From Phoronis australis (taxonomy: Eukaryota > Animalia > Phoronida): a stretch of DNA of 64,000 bases. The stretch's first letter is position 1. Each line of letters begins with the position of its first letter. This document shows positions 21,511-35,543 of this stretch, piece by piece. The stretch covers positions 1,410,088 through 1,474,087 of the forward strand of contig NMRA01000030.1 of assembly GCA_002633005.1 (NCBI GenBank), given 5' to 3'. Position numbers and translations under genes: made by a program. The notes under the pieces are model-generated. The model did not search any database. It saw only the letters and a program-made list of their open reading frames with translations, and was not told the origin of the DNA.

Positions 21511-24500
21511 GTAAGTGCTTTATTTGTATAAGACGAAGCACTTTGTCACCGCTTGTAAAACGGAAAACACGGCATAAAATGTTCGGTTATGACTTTCGCT
21601 AATATCAAAGTAAACACGGGAATTTATAATGCAATACCACAAACAACGATCACCATGATGTCGAGACGAAATTACGCATTTTCTGGGAACATTTTCGTAT
21701 AGTTACATTTTTGGGGAGATGCAAAGATCCAGGATATAAAGTCACGCACTTACATTCGAATACAATGCCATAACATTTTTGGGGGTATGAAGCCAGTCGT
21801 CATTTACTTAGTTTTCCACCAATCATCCATGTCCACAATGATAAGTATTTTCAAAAATAATAAAATACCATAACTAATAACAGAGGTACACTAGATATTC
21901 ATTTTCAATGTTATCAGCTACAATCCAAAACACCAATTTCAGTGCACGGTAACACTCAAGTGATCAAGCCGACGCCGTACATTCAGCCTAGCGCCCCATG
22001 CTGCACTGCCACCTGTTGTGTGCTTTACGCCGGACCCATTCCATTCTCACCCCCAAACCAGCCAGTTATTCGCCATGCACGAGACAACAATGCAGGTAGG
22101 CAATACAGAGTTCTTATGTATAACCCTGTCCACTCAAGAGGCTACTGAGAAGAGGTGGGCCTCCACTTGATAAAAATCGAATGTAAGTACATGGGCTTAC
22201 ATTTGGGGAAAAGTGTACGTGTTCACAGAATTTGTAGTCACTAGATGTCAGCCCCTAATTGTAGTCTATGTAGTGCGCATGTGCATGCAAATTATTCGTA
22301 AAGAAGAAGTCCGTAACTGGTATCACTGGGTTTGGATCAAAACTTCAAGCGAAAAAGGAAAACCCTCAGTAGACCAAGGACTGTTGTGACACAGTACCCG
22401 ACACATATTGTCACCCTGGCGACTATGCCGAGTGCGACAACATGTGACGTCAATATCGACACATATTGTTCCCCACTGCGATAACATGTGTCGGGTGCGA
22501 CATTAAGAGCACAAAAACACCGGCACATATTGTTGTCCCCATACCTATGGAAAGAGGCAGTCAGTCCCGGCCGCTTACCATGATTTTTGGTACAAAGGCA
22601 GACCCAAGGTCAAATGGTGGTCCAGGAAATGGCAAAAGACGTACACCAAAACGAGTTTGAATCAAGTTGCCCACGAGGGAAAGGTCCATTAGATGATTAA
22701 TGACGATGACAACTACGCCTGACGCAAGCCTCGTTTCCAGGAGCGTTGGTTTTGCAAACAGGAACATTTGCGATACTAAGGACGTGTTTCACTTCAAACT
22801 TTCGATAACCACCCTACTTAAACTAAGGATCCGCACTCTGGCCGACTGTCACACCCAACTCATCCAACGTGAGAGTTCCTAGTCGAAGTTAAGATTTGTC
22901 CTTGCTTTCACCTTGGGTTACACGTAGTATCCTATAGGCTGCAGGCATACAGTTGCGGAATTTCGCTTAAGGCAGATGCTTTTAGGGAACGATAATATTT
23001 GTAATCGCATTGTGACAGCATATATTGTCGTACTATGATGCAATCTGTAATTCACAAAAGTGACAGCGATGAGCACTATGTGTCCCCCGTAGGACTAACC
23101 ACGACAAATAGTCTTAACACGGCTGGTCACTTTACGCCTCAAGAATGGTCTCAAGCAGCAGCGAACCATCGTTTTCTAAAAAGCTAAGAAATAACTTTTA
23201 GCTCGTTTTGTTGACAGAAAATCCGTTTGTAGCACGTTTAACTTGTACATATACCGTTTCAGAATTCAATCTGCACGATTCAACAGCATCGCAGCCAAAG
23301 AGAAAACGATCATGGAGTCGCGCGGTGTTTTCAAACCTCCAAAGGAAGGGTCTAGAAAAAAGATTCGAGATCCAAAAATACGTAACAAAACCGGACAGGC
23401 GACAACTAGCGGCAATGCTGGGACTAACAGATGCTCAGGTACGTGAATTAATGTGGCAAAAAGCAGACTTGGCTGAAAACAACATCTTTGTAACCCAGGA
23501 CACAATGTCCAACGTGACCTCTAGTGTACATCAACTTTGGTAGACTAACTTAGAGTACAAACAGCAAGTTTAAATTTCTTCATTCTCGGGTAATGGAGTT
23601 AAGACATTGTATCATCTACATTGTGAATAACGGCCGCCACTGACGGCTCACGGTGGCACATTGCAAAATTAGATTATTTTGTTTTATAGCACGTAATTGG
23701 TGATAACAGTGTTTTGTCTCATAACAATCTATCTTACATTTAAATGTCGTGGGAATGTGAATAAAAAGATGAAGTTTTAATGGCAACGATTTTATTGGCT
23801 TTCCAAACGTTGGAAAACGTCCATAGGTGAATTGGCATAATTTGTTTTGCGTAAGATTGAAACGATTACATGTGAATAAGATCCTGTAGGAAATATGTGA
23901 AGTGCATTTTAAATAATAGCTTCAGTTAAGCACAAGTAATATGCTAAAAATCTAATTACTTCTTTTCTCCGATTGAAATCGAAATCAAAAAGAGTGAATT
24001 GTAAACAACAAACCTTCAATTTGAAAGAGTGTTTCCTCATTTGCGGAAATAGAAAAATACATTGTATCACTGACCTAGTTTTCGAAAGGTACAGTATATG
24101 ACGACTAACACTCGACAGAATAGAAGAGAACACCGTGGAATAATTACAAATGAGTAAGATTTTTAAAACATTAAAATATCAAGTTACAGGCCAACGTTCT
24201 GTTTCGTGAAAAGTGATTAAGAGCAGACTTAGGACAGGAATTTGGTCTTACGCTCCACAAAACTATTTCAGAATCTGTAAAATAATGAAAACTCACTTCA
24301 GCAAAAACACAAAGTTTCTGAGAATATACCCAAAAACTGCTACTTACTGAAAATATGAACAAACTACTTTGAGGAAGTGATTTGTTAAGAATTATATGAC
24401 TTAACTTTTATTTAGTAATTGTAAAGTGGGAGCGTACGGCCACATTTCTGCCTTAAGTAACGTTTCATAGAACAGATACCTATGGGTTTCACAAACAAGT

Positions 24501-25168
24501 GGCCATTTGACGGAGACTGTCCAGTGGTAAACAAATGCTTTTAATTTGTTGAGACCAACCCTACGATAAGCAACTTAATACAAGAAAAATATGTTGCACT
24601 CTAAAGATAGCCCACATTCCTCCCTCACGAACCCCACAGACCTTCTCACTTTACGATCAACGATTTCCAAAAACAAAGTTATTTTCTCAAGCCCTCCAAT
24701 TCTTTTTCTCAAGCATTCAAGCATAGCAAGGCTTTTATTACGAACACATTTTTCCCGTGAGCCACGTTTCAGTCTTGGAAAACACTTGCCCGCTCCACCC
24801 CATAGCATTACATCAAGCGTGCGCTTCTTACTCATGCCATCTGTTGGAGAATGCTAAGAACTACGGTTTAAGCAAAAGAAATGTGCTGTGCGCGGAAAAG
24901 AAAACAGAGCTCGCGAGAAAAAAATAACCAAGACATACTGCTGTTGGCCAAAAATGTTACAATGAAACTATTTACGACTACTCTTCATGGTATCCCAGCT
25001 CCTTCCAAAAACAAAGTTATAAAAGCTCAGACATCACAATGTTTTTTCCTGCAGGTAAAAGTTTGGTTCCAGAACCGCCGTATGAAGTGGAGGCATAGTA
25101 AAGAATCAGAAAAGCACTATCATTCAAAGCAAGCGATGGAAAACGAGCGAGCAACAAACACTGAGTGA
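21171..25168 (+). CDS. HLX: H2.0-like homeobox protein (~260 aa, 4 exons)
   Basis: Exons 21171-21510, 21943-22095, 23263-23438 and 25055-25168 give 783 nt in frame. The eh1 motif LKFGIQRIL is present. The homeodomain KRKRSWSRAVFSNLQRKGLEKRFEIQKYVTKPDRRQLAAMLGLTDAQ|VKVWFQNRRMKWRHSKE is essentially identical to vertebrate HLX. Confidence 0.95.
21943..22095 (+). CDS. HLX: Hlx exon 2
   Basis: TTTCAG| acceptor and CAG|GTAGG donor, phase 1/1; encodes VIKPTP...CCTATCC. Confidence 0.65.
23263..23438 (+). CDS. HLX: Hlx exon 3 (homeodomain helices 1-2)
   Basis: SWSRAVFSNLQRKGLEKRFE...LTDAQ, followed by a GT donor. Confidence 0.95.
25055..25168 (+). CDS. HLX: Hlx exon 4 (helix 3 and C-terminus)
   Basis: Acceptor TTTTTTCCTGCAG, then VKVWFQNRRMKWRHSKE...stop. 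Confidence 0.95.
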   Translation, partial: VKVWFQNRRMKWRHSKESEKHYHSKQAMENERATNTE

Positions 25169-28100
25169 AAGGTGGCGCTTTGGTTTTGTTCAATAAGTCA
25201 ACCCAGACACGACTGGTGAGACACGGTCGAGACGCTCATGAGCTATGGAACTCCCTTAGCGTCACGTTGAACGTGACGCCTCACTTCGAAATGATAGTCA
25301 TCTTATGACGATCCAGTTGCACGCGTTCGACGCAGAGGCACAGTCGGCGAGTTCGGAAACATGTACCAGTACTTCTAGAAAAATCAATCGGCATGCAGGT
25401 TACAGCAGACAATTGAAGGAGCCAATTACATCCTACGGTGGGTTGGTCGTGAGGGTGACAAATTTGGCTCTACGCGTGTCTACAGTTGAGCTTGCGTAGC
25501 GCGCACGCATTCAAGGACTTGGAGTAGTAAGCAAGACAAATTTCACATTGCGCTCTATGGGGACTGGCAATAAAATGCAATGAGATTACCCTTAAAATAA
25601 CAATAAAATGGCGAAAACGGAGCTTGCTAATTTATTTATGCCATAAGTACGCAAATGATGCTTGTTTGTTTGGACACAAGCTTTCAGATTATTAATGACG
25701 CCAGCCTTTATCTCTCGGGTCTCGGCTTAGCTGGTAAACTGATGCCGTGCGTGATTGGTGTTAGCAATCACTCACTATATTGAGGCTTTAAATAAAATAA
25801 TTTAAAGACATGTATTTCTTCGAATCGAGAGCTAACTAATAGTATATACACTAACCTTCACTAGCAGTGATATGGACTTTACCAAAACGGCCTTGTAACT
25901 TGTAGTATCGGATTTTTACCGACAATCTTTCTATACACTCCAAAATTGAGTGAAAGTGTTGAAAATGTCTTCTACGTCCATCTAGAGTGCTTTCGTGGGT
26001 TGTAAAGGGTATTTTTAGATACAGCAGTTATTGAAAACACTGTAATGTTGAGTATCATCTGAGACTGAGAAATTCACTTCTTAACAAGCGGATTGTCCCA
26101 ATAAGCGGAGACGAAGGTGTTCCTCTTGGGAACAAACCGACATCACCTCTCTGTGGGCCCCTCGTGGTTCGCCATGTACATGCATGCCATTTGTGAAATC
26201 CGAATTAGAACAGCAATCGTTCAAGAAGAGTTCCTGGCAGCTGCGAACATCTGCACAGAGTTGAATAGTTGCGTCATCAATTAATATAGATGGACCATAG
26301 ACAGTTGCATGCGATACCATCTATAGAGAGATAAGAGGAAATCCGCACACCCGATATCTGGATGTACACGTGTTCACAAATCTGGACAAATAATAGATAC
26401 AAGTGCAGGTTTACTAAGGGGAACAAACTGGGTGAATATCCCTTAGTAGGCATTATTTCTTCCTTATAATAAGTGATCAACATGATTTTTCGTTCTTACT
26501 ATATGTTTGAAAGATTAGCTTGGGAGTGTCATCATGTATAAACTAGTTAAGCAGGTACGAAATGACATCGCTGTAGCAAACTTGTACTCGCCTCATTTCA
26601 GATCTGAGGTAGTATACAAAGCCTTCCAGCACTCCATTTTATGTCGATACAACGTACGGATAGACTCAGGTGTAATGAGAGATATTCCCAGTCATATCAC
26701 ATTTAGAAGTAAGACGAAAAGTCTGAACAATGATCAGTTAGGTTATATCTCGTACGACTTTCTTCCTACCGGCTACACCGGCTTACGGTAAAATGCAAAC
26801 AGCTCTTCTCGGCTTGGAAACGGGTAACTTGGAGTTTCGTGTGGCCTGGACTTAGGGTTTACGTAATGTGTGGGTTCGCGTCCACGAAAGGAACTGAGAA
26901 CAGCAACTAAATGATTCACACAAGTAAGCGCGAAGGCCCAGCATACCACGCCGAGTTCATGAATCAGACCGTTTTCGTCTAGGCAAAATCTGAACAGAGA
27001 CTTCTTTGAAAATTTAGCCTCTGGCAAAGAGTGTACAGTCTTCTAACCAAGTGATTGCGGAACTACCTCAATATTTAAAAATGTCGGATTCGTCGAACAA
27101 GATTGTTCGGAAAGTTTCAGTTAACTATGAAATTTCGGCTGTATTTTACTGAAACCATATACAGAAGACGACAACCTGGACAGTACCAGCGAAAGCGAGT
27201 TATGTAAATACTGTATCACGGGAAAATTATTATCACTCACGTTTGTACTTTCAGTCTTGTTCTCGAAATGTTGCAGCTTGAATTTGGAAATGTAAGACTA
27301 TTTACGAGTGGCTGTGATAGGCAGTCGCAAAAAGTAGTACCTATTTTAAAGTTGTCAATTTATCATCTTACGGCGACTTCATATAAAAAGACTAACTGGC
27401 TTCCGAAGGCTTATAATGACAACCGGTTATATCGCAGACGTTTCGCTCCAAGCCACAAACGGTTTACATGTACAAATCCACCCAAGAAGGCAGCGATTAG
27501 CGATACCGGGCAGTGTGGGGACCGTCTGTCAACAAGGTATTTCTTTCAACTACAAACAATGTCAAGAAATTACATTTACAAACTGGATGTGATTAAGCAA
27601 TTCTCTGAATCTCTTGTACAGAGCCATAGTTTTTCCACGTTTGGGATGTTGCGTGGGCCTCGTGTAATAATGAATCGGCGGCACCGACTATTTTGCGAGC
27701 AGACATATACTAGTATTGATTGTATACCCTCCATTCTGAGCTGGCTCAAACTGGATATTAACACGTGTTTACCTACAGGCGCTTCCATGGCAAGGGGTTT
27801 GAGTTCTGTGTTTGTGACAAACTTCACCTAGTAAATCAAGTAGTCCACAGCAGACATACATGTACTAGGTCTAGTCCAATGGCAACCTCTATCTCCATAA
27901 AACCAAGACTAATTTTGGCAAACATTCATTCTTCTCTCGTGCCGGTGTTATCACGGGAACCATCTACATTCAGATGTCCGCCAGTGTAAATTCACAGGAA
28001 TCTGTATATCCATGTACCCAACTGAGTACTGTTTAACTATATGAAGCCTCAATTTGTTCTACCAGTTTTGTTCATAACGCTTTCTTATTTCATATTTTAA

Positions 28101-31100
28101 TTATATTTTTCTAATACCGTCCAAGTCTGATTTCCAATATTTTCTTTCTCATTACCACATTGTGGGAGTACAGTATCGTTACACTGAGTCCATTTCATGC
28201 TGAATAAATGTGTGTTTGCTGCTGCAACTACTATAAAGTTGTCAGTGGGACCCTAGAAAAATGTCCGTATTTGGTTAACTTTGGAACATCCTATTTCGGA
28301 CACAGGTGATCGGATTTATGTGAAATTTACATATACCGGGCCATGCTCAAATTGTTTTCAAAATGTTCCACTTAAGAACGAGAGACTATAAAGTACAACT
28401 CTTCTATTTCTCTGAAAAAATCAAATCGAAATGATAGTTTAAGCTTAAAATCTCAAAACTTCATATCGAAAAAATTCACTGATACATGTTCTAGATACCA
28501 CTGTTTTCCCGTGAATTTACCTTTGCTTTCCAGTAATTTTTTCTAAAAAACTTATGGTCACTGGACTCAATTACTGGCAAATTGGTATAAAGTCAAAAAT
28601 CTATTTGTTCAGACCTTCAACTTTCAGAATGCAAAAGCCTTTAATGAGTTAAATTCTACAGTGTGAAGATGTTTGGCTAAATAGACAGACTTGTCGACAA
28701 GGCCTTATACTATCTAAAACAACACGCTTTCAAAAATTCGCTACCAATAAAAATCATCCATGAGAGTCATATTTCGGAGACTGGGTTCAAAAAGCTTACA
28801 TGGAGCACTTTGGGAAACAAGGTTAAAAACCCCTCCATCGGGAACTTGGCCTTTCGTGTTCGTTTCGCATGTCTGGCACACGGAAAGTGTGAGCAAACTG
28901 TCTATATTTAATGACTTTTGGAATCTTTTAAAGGATCGTTAAATTTTAAGTTAGTCACTTGTTACCAGAGGCGTCGCACGCCTTCTTTTCTACTAGCCAA
29001 AATAGTGACAATGTAGGACTTTCCACGTGCAATAAATCTTAATTAAAACCCCATGAGTGAACGAGGGCACTACGGTCGGAAATGCAAGTTTCTGAAGGAA
29101 ACAGCAGCTTTCTTCCGAAAGACCACCTCAGATATAGTTTTGGATGCCGGCAATATTACGCGATCACTCCCATGAAACTCCCCGGTAAACTGCACAATGC
29201 CTCGATCACAATGCCTTTACCATATGTGCTGAATTAAATAACGGACGTGCGTTAAATTTTAGACGACGTTGTACGAGGGGCCGGGTTTAATACAAGCCAA
29301 AACACGACAAAATAATTTCACAAGACTGCTGACGAAAACTAATCAAAATGTTCGACTCAAAAAAACAACAAAAGTTTCAAACAAAATATTATTTTGAAAC
29401 AGGATCGGCACGGAAACGCAAGCGCATTCATTGTAACTTTGTCTACATTTCCTAATCACACAAGATAGCGGTTGGCCACCGTTTAAATTCGCTGCAAATC
29501 GTCAGTGTAGGTCGATGGAAATATAATGCTCGTGGTGACATGTCGCCCAATGACACCTCAAAGTGTTTATACTTAGTGAAATACAGTCCCGATAAAGTAT
29601 AGTTGAGAAAAATATTTATATTTAGGTCTTTATTTGTCGCATAATTGCGGCGCAATAAAACAAAACTAAACCTCAACATCGAAATGGATACCACATGGTG
29701 GACAGTCGACAATAAAAGCGTACATTCAAGAAAATTTCTCAGCTACGTGACATGAAATGATAATTAATTTTGTGTACGCGCAGGGCCGCTGTTGTCGCAT
29801 GGGTTGTTATTTACGATTCTGCAAATTACTAAAGTAAAACAAGTAGTAATGCAATCTCGGGCTGCCTGTCGCGTACACATGAACTTAGGAACATGGCTCA
29901 CGCACTCAAAAATGCTCCTTGTTACGTAATATTTTAAGACCAGTACATAGTACTTCATTAGTCATTTTAACATTTGTGGTAATGTAATTCCACATCTCTC
30001 ATTATATTATAATTCTTTTAAAACTTTACATACGAGTCCCAGAGCCGAGCTTTAGGAAGGCAAGTCGTGTTTTTCGCGAGTGCGGGGAAGCGTTCGTGAG
30101 TGAGTGAGCTGACTGCAGGTCTACGAGTCGTGTTCATGAGTGCGTGAGCCGTGTTCTTCTGAATCTGCAAACGAGAAAAAGTTTTACGTATCAAACCTGT
30201 TTCCATGCTATCGGCCAACGAACGAAAAGCAAAAACACCAACTAACATGAACTAGAGCCATTCCCACTACCACCATGCAGAAGTATAGCAGCAGGTAATT
30301 AAAAATCTGACATTTTTAGCATGTACAAACTATTTGGATAAGGTTGCGAAGAAGCCATCATATAAACCCTTTCAACAACTGATGTAGCAGTCTAACTTAT
30401 TTTGTAAGTGGCAAATCAGCAAGATTATGAACTTTCAATAAAAACAGTTGCCCTTCGATCGCTGTTTTCAAAAGACTATAGAACCGAAAAACTATCAAGA
30501 GAATACGCTGCAACATAAAAAAATTCTCGGGTACTTTGACTTTTATGGATAGGGAAGAACAAGGATTCACCAACTGCGCAAAATGCACGATACGCAGCCT
30601 ATGTCAAGGCGGTTTGCACAATACCAGGCACGGAAAAAGCGGGCAGTTATTACCCACCCAAGTAGGTGAACCGGAAAACCAATAGACATAATTGACATAG
30701 AAGCGGAATTTCGTGTCAAAAACTGTAACAACTTACGCTAAAAAAGTCGGGGCGTTATCTCACTTGTAAAAACAAAAGCGCCCCTGTTCGCTGTCCATCA
30801 GGCAGCATAAACAAATGGACGCATTAATTACTCAAAACTTGCATGTTTAATAAACATCCGAAGTCCTAATCACGGATAATTAAGCCAGATAAGTGCGAAA
30901 CTGCTCAAGTGATTTCGCTGGTATTTACACATTTGGTTTTATTAACAGACATTAGTGGTACTTATCTGATCAGAGATCCCGGTCATTATGTTCATGTTCG
31001 AAGCAATTAAAACGAATGAAACACCAATAAAAATCAGTTTGGGCCAACATTCCATAGATTAATGCATAAGTTATAGTGACGCTGTGAAAGATTTCCCGTG

Positions 31101-33867
31101 AAACATAAAAACATCGAGTTAAAGCAGAACAAAACGACCGACCAACAGTTATAACGTAAAGACGGCAACAGGTGTTTTCCGAGTATTGAACCCATCCAAA
31201 GGCAAGCCGATTTAAATCATAATCCCCCTTTTCTTTTAAAAGACTTGAAAGCGAAAGTACCGTACACGACAGCGGACAAGACAGCAGTACTTCTCTACTT
31301 GTGTTAGATTAGGTCACCCAGAAACGAACTAAGTAGTCTCCAGTATCATCAGGAACACGAGTTTATAAAAGGACTTTCAACGTTTGTCACTGGGTGAAGT
31401 TGTGTAAACATTACAGTACACCAACACACCAACTGAAGCTGGATATATGTTCTGCACAGTTCTGTTGTCGCGGAAATCAACAAAAACGATAACAAAATAC
31501 GAGGTGTAGCTGCGGTTAAGACACCAATAACGCGGTTACTCTGGCATGGATAAAAGGAATCATTAACCTTCATGGATTTTTAAACGCAATATTCAGATAC
31601 TGAATAAAAATATATCTATATGTTTCCAATTCCACCATAACTGTATTATTTGTGTTCCAATCTTGACCAGGCCTTACATTTTCCGATGCGGTTAGCAGTT
31701 TTGAATACCGATTTCTCTTCAGGGCGTGGGAAGTTTCGCATGAAATATGTGACCACGTGACGTTATTATAGACGATTGTGTGACACTTTTTTAAAGCCAT
31801 GGAAATAGACAACAGCTACTACAAATACACGCTCCCTCTAACAGGAAATCTTTATTCAAACAACCTGTAAAGCAGCATGGTCTAAACTTCGTTACTCAGT
31901 CAAGTGAAAAGTGGTTACCATTAAAGCTTCGAAAGATAAGACAGTTTGTTGTGATCATGCACGGGCGCAAAAAATGACCCGCCCTGTCATGCCAACTTAG
32001 TAAACATGACTTGATCACATGAACACTCTTTAAAAAGTCAAGTCTATTTCCTAATTATACTTTAGGTGGGCTAAATCGAAACTTTGCTTTTGAAGGAATA
32101 CGGGTTCAAAGTTAGTAAGCAAAGATTATTTTCATAGTCATGTCTAAACGTAAATTTGAAGAACAACGACACAAATTTATTCCCGGCACGTGTGTGTACA
32201 TGTATTTATATACATTTTGCGTGTGAACAGCTAAGTCAAGGTCAACCCGAAAAAATCGACTGAGGTTCGCTTAGCTACTAGTCTTACAGAAATTAAAATA
32301 CACTTAATCAAGTGCCTCTTGCACGACTAACTTCACCAAGACATGAACCAGAGCAATAAACTAAAACAATACATTTTAAGCCCATGAATGTCAAATAACA
32401 TTTGAACAATAAACATAGACGAGACAACCCTTCAGGGCGATCGAATGTCGGCAAAATGACATTTATTGTTTACTTATTCCAATCAGTAACAAATAGTGCC
32501 TTGCAATTTATTAACACCCAAGGTACCAGTTTTCATCTGCTGCGGTGATAAAAGGCCCAACAATTTCACAGCTGATTTCAACAATGCTATCACCTCAAGC
32601 AAATTATCAATTAAGTTGCATTGTTCAATGAGCGTAACAAAATGCCACGGTAATTATGTTTATGTTGCGAAACGAAATGTTTAAGCACCAAGTATTTTAA
32701 GTGATTATCGCGTTTCGAAATACTCAGTGATTAGAGCTAATGTTTTGTATTTTTTCTCCATCAAAATCTCGCTAAAACAATAAACATATTTACAGAAAAA
32801 ACTCAGTGCTTTATCAGTTTTACAGTTCCTCTTAGCGAATCAACTTCGGTGTCGCAATTATTCTACTGACACACGAAAGCACGTGTCTGCAATTACGAAA
32901 AAATGACAGATACGTATTCTTGAAAGCATTAAAATAACAATGTAAATAAACAGGAAAGAGCGAACTGCAGCCCAAGATAAGGTACGGACTTAAATTACCA
33001 TCAGAATAAGAAAAAGCGAACGCGTTTCCTGTAAGGAGATGTATGACAGTGTATGACGCAACTAACACCCGACAGCAACATGAAGGGTCTACCCATATGC
33101 AACTAAACGCAACGTGTCTCATGTGTCCATATAGGAATTCATTGTTGCACTCTCGTTATTTTTTTTTGCATTTTGGCAACACTCTTGGCTATTAAAAATA
33201 AAAATTACGTTTATACTAATCAGGTATGACAAGTGATAATTACTAATGAAATAAATTATTTGTCTTTTGCTTCTGCTATTATCATACACGACCAAGAGCT
33301 CATGAACGACTTTTTGATGTCATGGCTATTGGTATGCAACACGCTCGGTTTAAAAACGACGGAGTTGCGAAATGTTTTAGTGACAATAAAGAAGGCTACC
33401 CTTTTCCCACTGGCCTAGTGTTCAAATATACATTAGTTATTATTTATCAACGGCAACGCGTAACTTAGTTACCGTAAAGCGATCTTCAATAAAATAACAT
33501 GCAAATGACTCAGTAAACTCGAAACACCGTAAGTTAAGGTAACTATAGGGTCACCTTAGCGTCACCGTAACGCACTTTTTCATAATTGACTTTCAGTAAA
33601 AAAATCCGCATTCCTGTAATAGAAGAGTCTGTAAATTTCTTAAAGCATTAAAATGCATTATTCCAAATCAAATATACCTACGATCACCTTCGTATTTTTC
33701 CGCAAGGTGTCACAGCTGAGTCGCCTGTACACAATTCCACGTACCAAACTCACCAACGTGTCGTTGTACTTTGAAATAATTGAAACGGCCTATATAATCA
33801 AATTACATATTTAAAAAGTCACCTCAAACATTCAAGAGCTCGCAAGAAATAATTATAATTTATTTTC

Positions 33868-35543
33868 TACCACAATATTAGCGTCAAATGGCAGATACAA
33901 CCGTGTAATAACCATAAAGTTATCTCACTAGTGAGATAACGATTTGGAGGGAAACCGAGGACGAAGTCGAACCCGGGAAATTGCTGGTCGCCGACTTTAC
34001 CACTACACCATGTAGCGACTGACGTCATCAAGAGTGAAAATAGAATACTAAATGAGCACGCGCAATAATCGCACGTTCAACAAATCGCATTGTACTGTAC
34101 TTATACGCTACGAAAAATAAGACAAATAATTTCCATTAAAATGATATCTTAATTCAGTGAAAATTTTCTCTCACGTCTTCTTACTTGTAAATCACCGATC
34201 TCCAGTTTGAATGCGGGTATCGTGTCGTCAGGATCTTTGACTTGAGAATTATATTCAGTTACCAGTGGTAACCTACTTTAGCAGACGATAATTTCCCGGT
34301 CGAAGCTTAGCGTGAAAAAAACGTGTTTTAAGCTGTAACAGTTGGTAAACCTTAATTTATGAATTCAATTTATTTCTATTATATTTAAGTTTTTAATTGG
34401 TTTTGAGTAAAAGCCTTATTTGACAAAAATAGCCCGGCTTTTCTTAAAAGGTCACTGTTGTGTAGGTAGTAACACAGTAAATTGGTATAACACGTATATT
34501 GCTTGTTGGAAGATGATAACTACATATAATACGGGAATACTAGTAAATAGGTCTATACACTACGGAGTCCTTTGCCACACTCACTGTAGAATCTAAGTGA
34601 GTCATCTCTGAGACTTGTGGCTTCAATGTTCGTGGTTGGCACACCTTCTACTGGTGTGTGGTCGGCACACCAGTCACGACCTCCGACCCCGAGCCTGACA
34701 TAGAAAGTAGTTACAAAGCCATGGAGAGTCACAAAAGGTAAATCGATTCATTGCAATGTTTCTCGTTTAGTAAGTGGTATAAATAGATTATTACATGTTC
34801 TCAGCCGTTATCCCCCTTATCTAGAGCCCTTGTGGATTTTGGAGAATTATCACCCTCGGGGTTAACGCCCCTCGGGCGATAATTCTCCAAAACAAACTCG
34901 GGCTCTAGATAACGGGTGATAACGACTTCGCCATGTAATAATCTATATTTATACCACAATATTAGCCTCGAATGGCAGAAACAATCGTGTAATAACCCAT
35001 AAAGTTATCTCACTAGTGAGATAACATTTTGGCGGGAAATCAATTTGGATGCGCGCATCGTGTCGTCGGGATCCTTTGACTTGAACATTGTAGCCAGTTA
35101 CTAGTGGTAACCTACTTTAGCAGACGATATTTTCCCGGTCTAAGCTTAGCGTAATAAAATGTGTAGTAAGCTATAATAGTTACTAAACCTTAATTTATAG
35201 ACTCACTTTATTTCTATTTTGTTTTACTTTTCAATTGGTTTCGAGTAAAAGCATTATTTGACAAAAATAGCTCGGCTTTTCTTAAAAGGTTACGACCTCC
35301 GACCCCGGGCGTCTGACAGAAAGTAGTTACAAAGCCGAGGCGAGTCGAGAAAGGTAGATCGATTCATTGCAATGTTTCTCATTCAGTATGTGGTATAAAT
35401 AGATTATTACATGTTCTCAGTCGTTATCCCCCTTATCTAGAGCCCTCGTGGATTTTGTAGAATTATCACCCTCGAGGCTAACGCTCCTCGACTCGGGCTC
35501 TACATAACAGGGGATAACGACTTCGCCATGTAATAATCTATAT
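33868..35543. mobile_element. Head-to-tail dimer of a non-autonomous hairpin-terminated element (Crypton-like)
   Basis: Unit 1 spans ~33868-34950 and unit 2 ~34951-35543. Each begins TACCACAATATTAGC, carries the perfect 22-bp palindrome GTTATCTCACTAGTGAGATAAC (33919-33940, 35004-35025) and ends in GTGGTATAAATAG plus a long hairpin. The superfamily assignment is tentative. Confidence 0.65.

Noticed and set aside
26534-27030. Possible Gypsy integrase zinc-binding relic (GYTGLR...FVWPGL..YV.C)
   Set aside because: Similarity is too short and degenerate to support without a profile search.
27268-27831. 187-aa plus-strand ORF
   Set aside because: No recognisable motif, no supporting exon structure, and non-coding-like composition.
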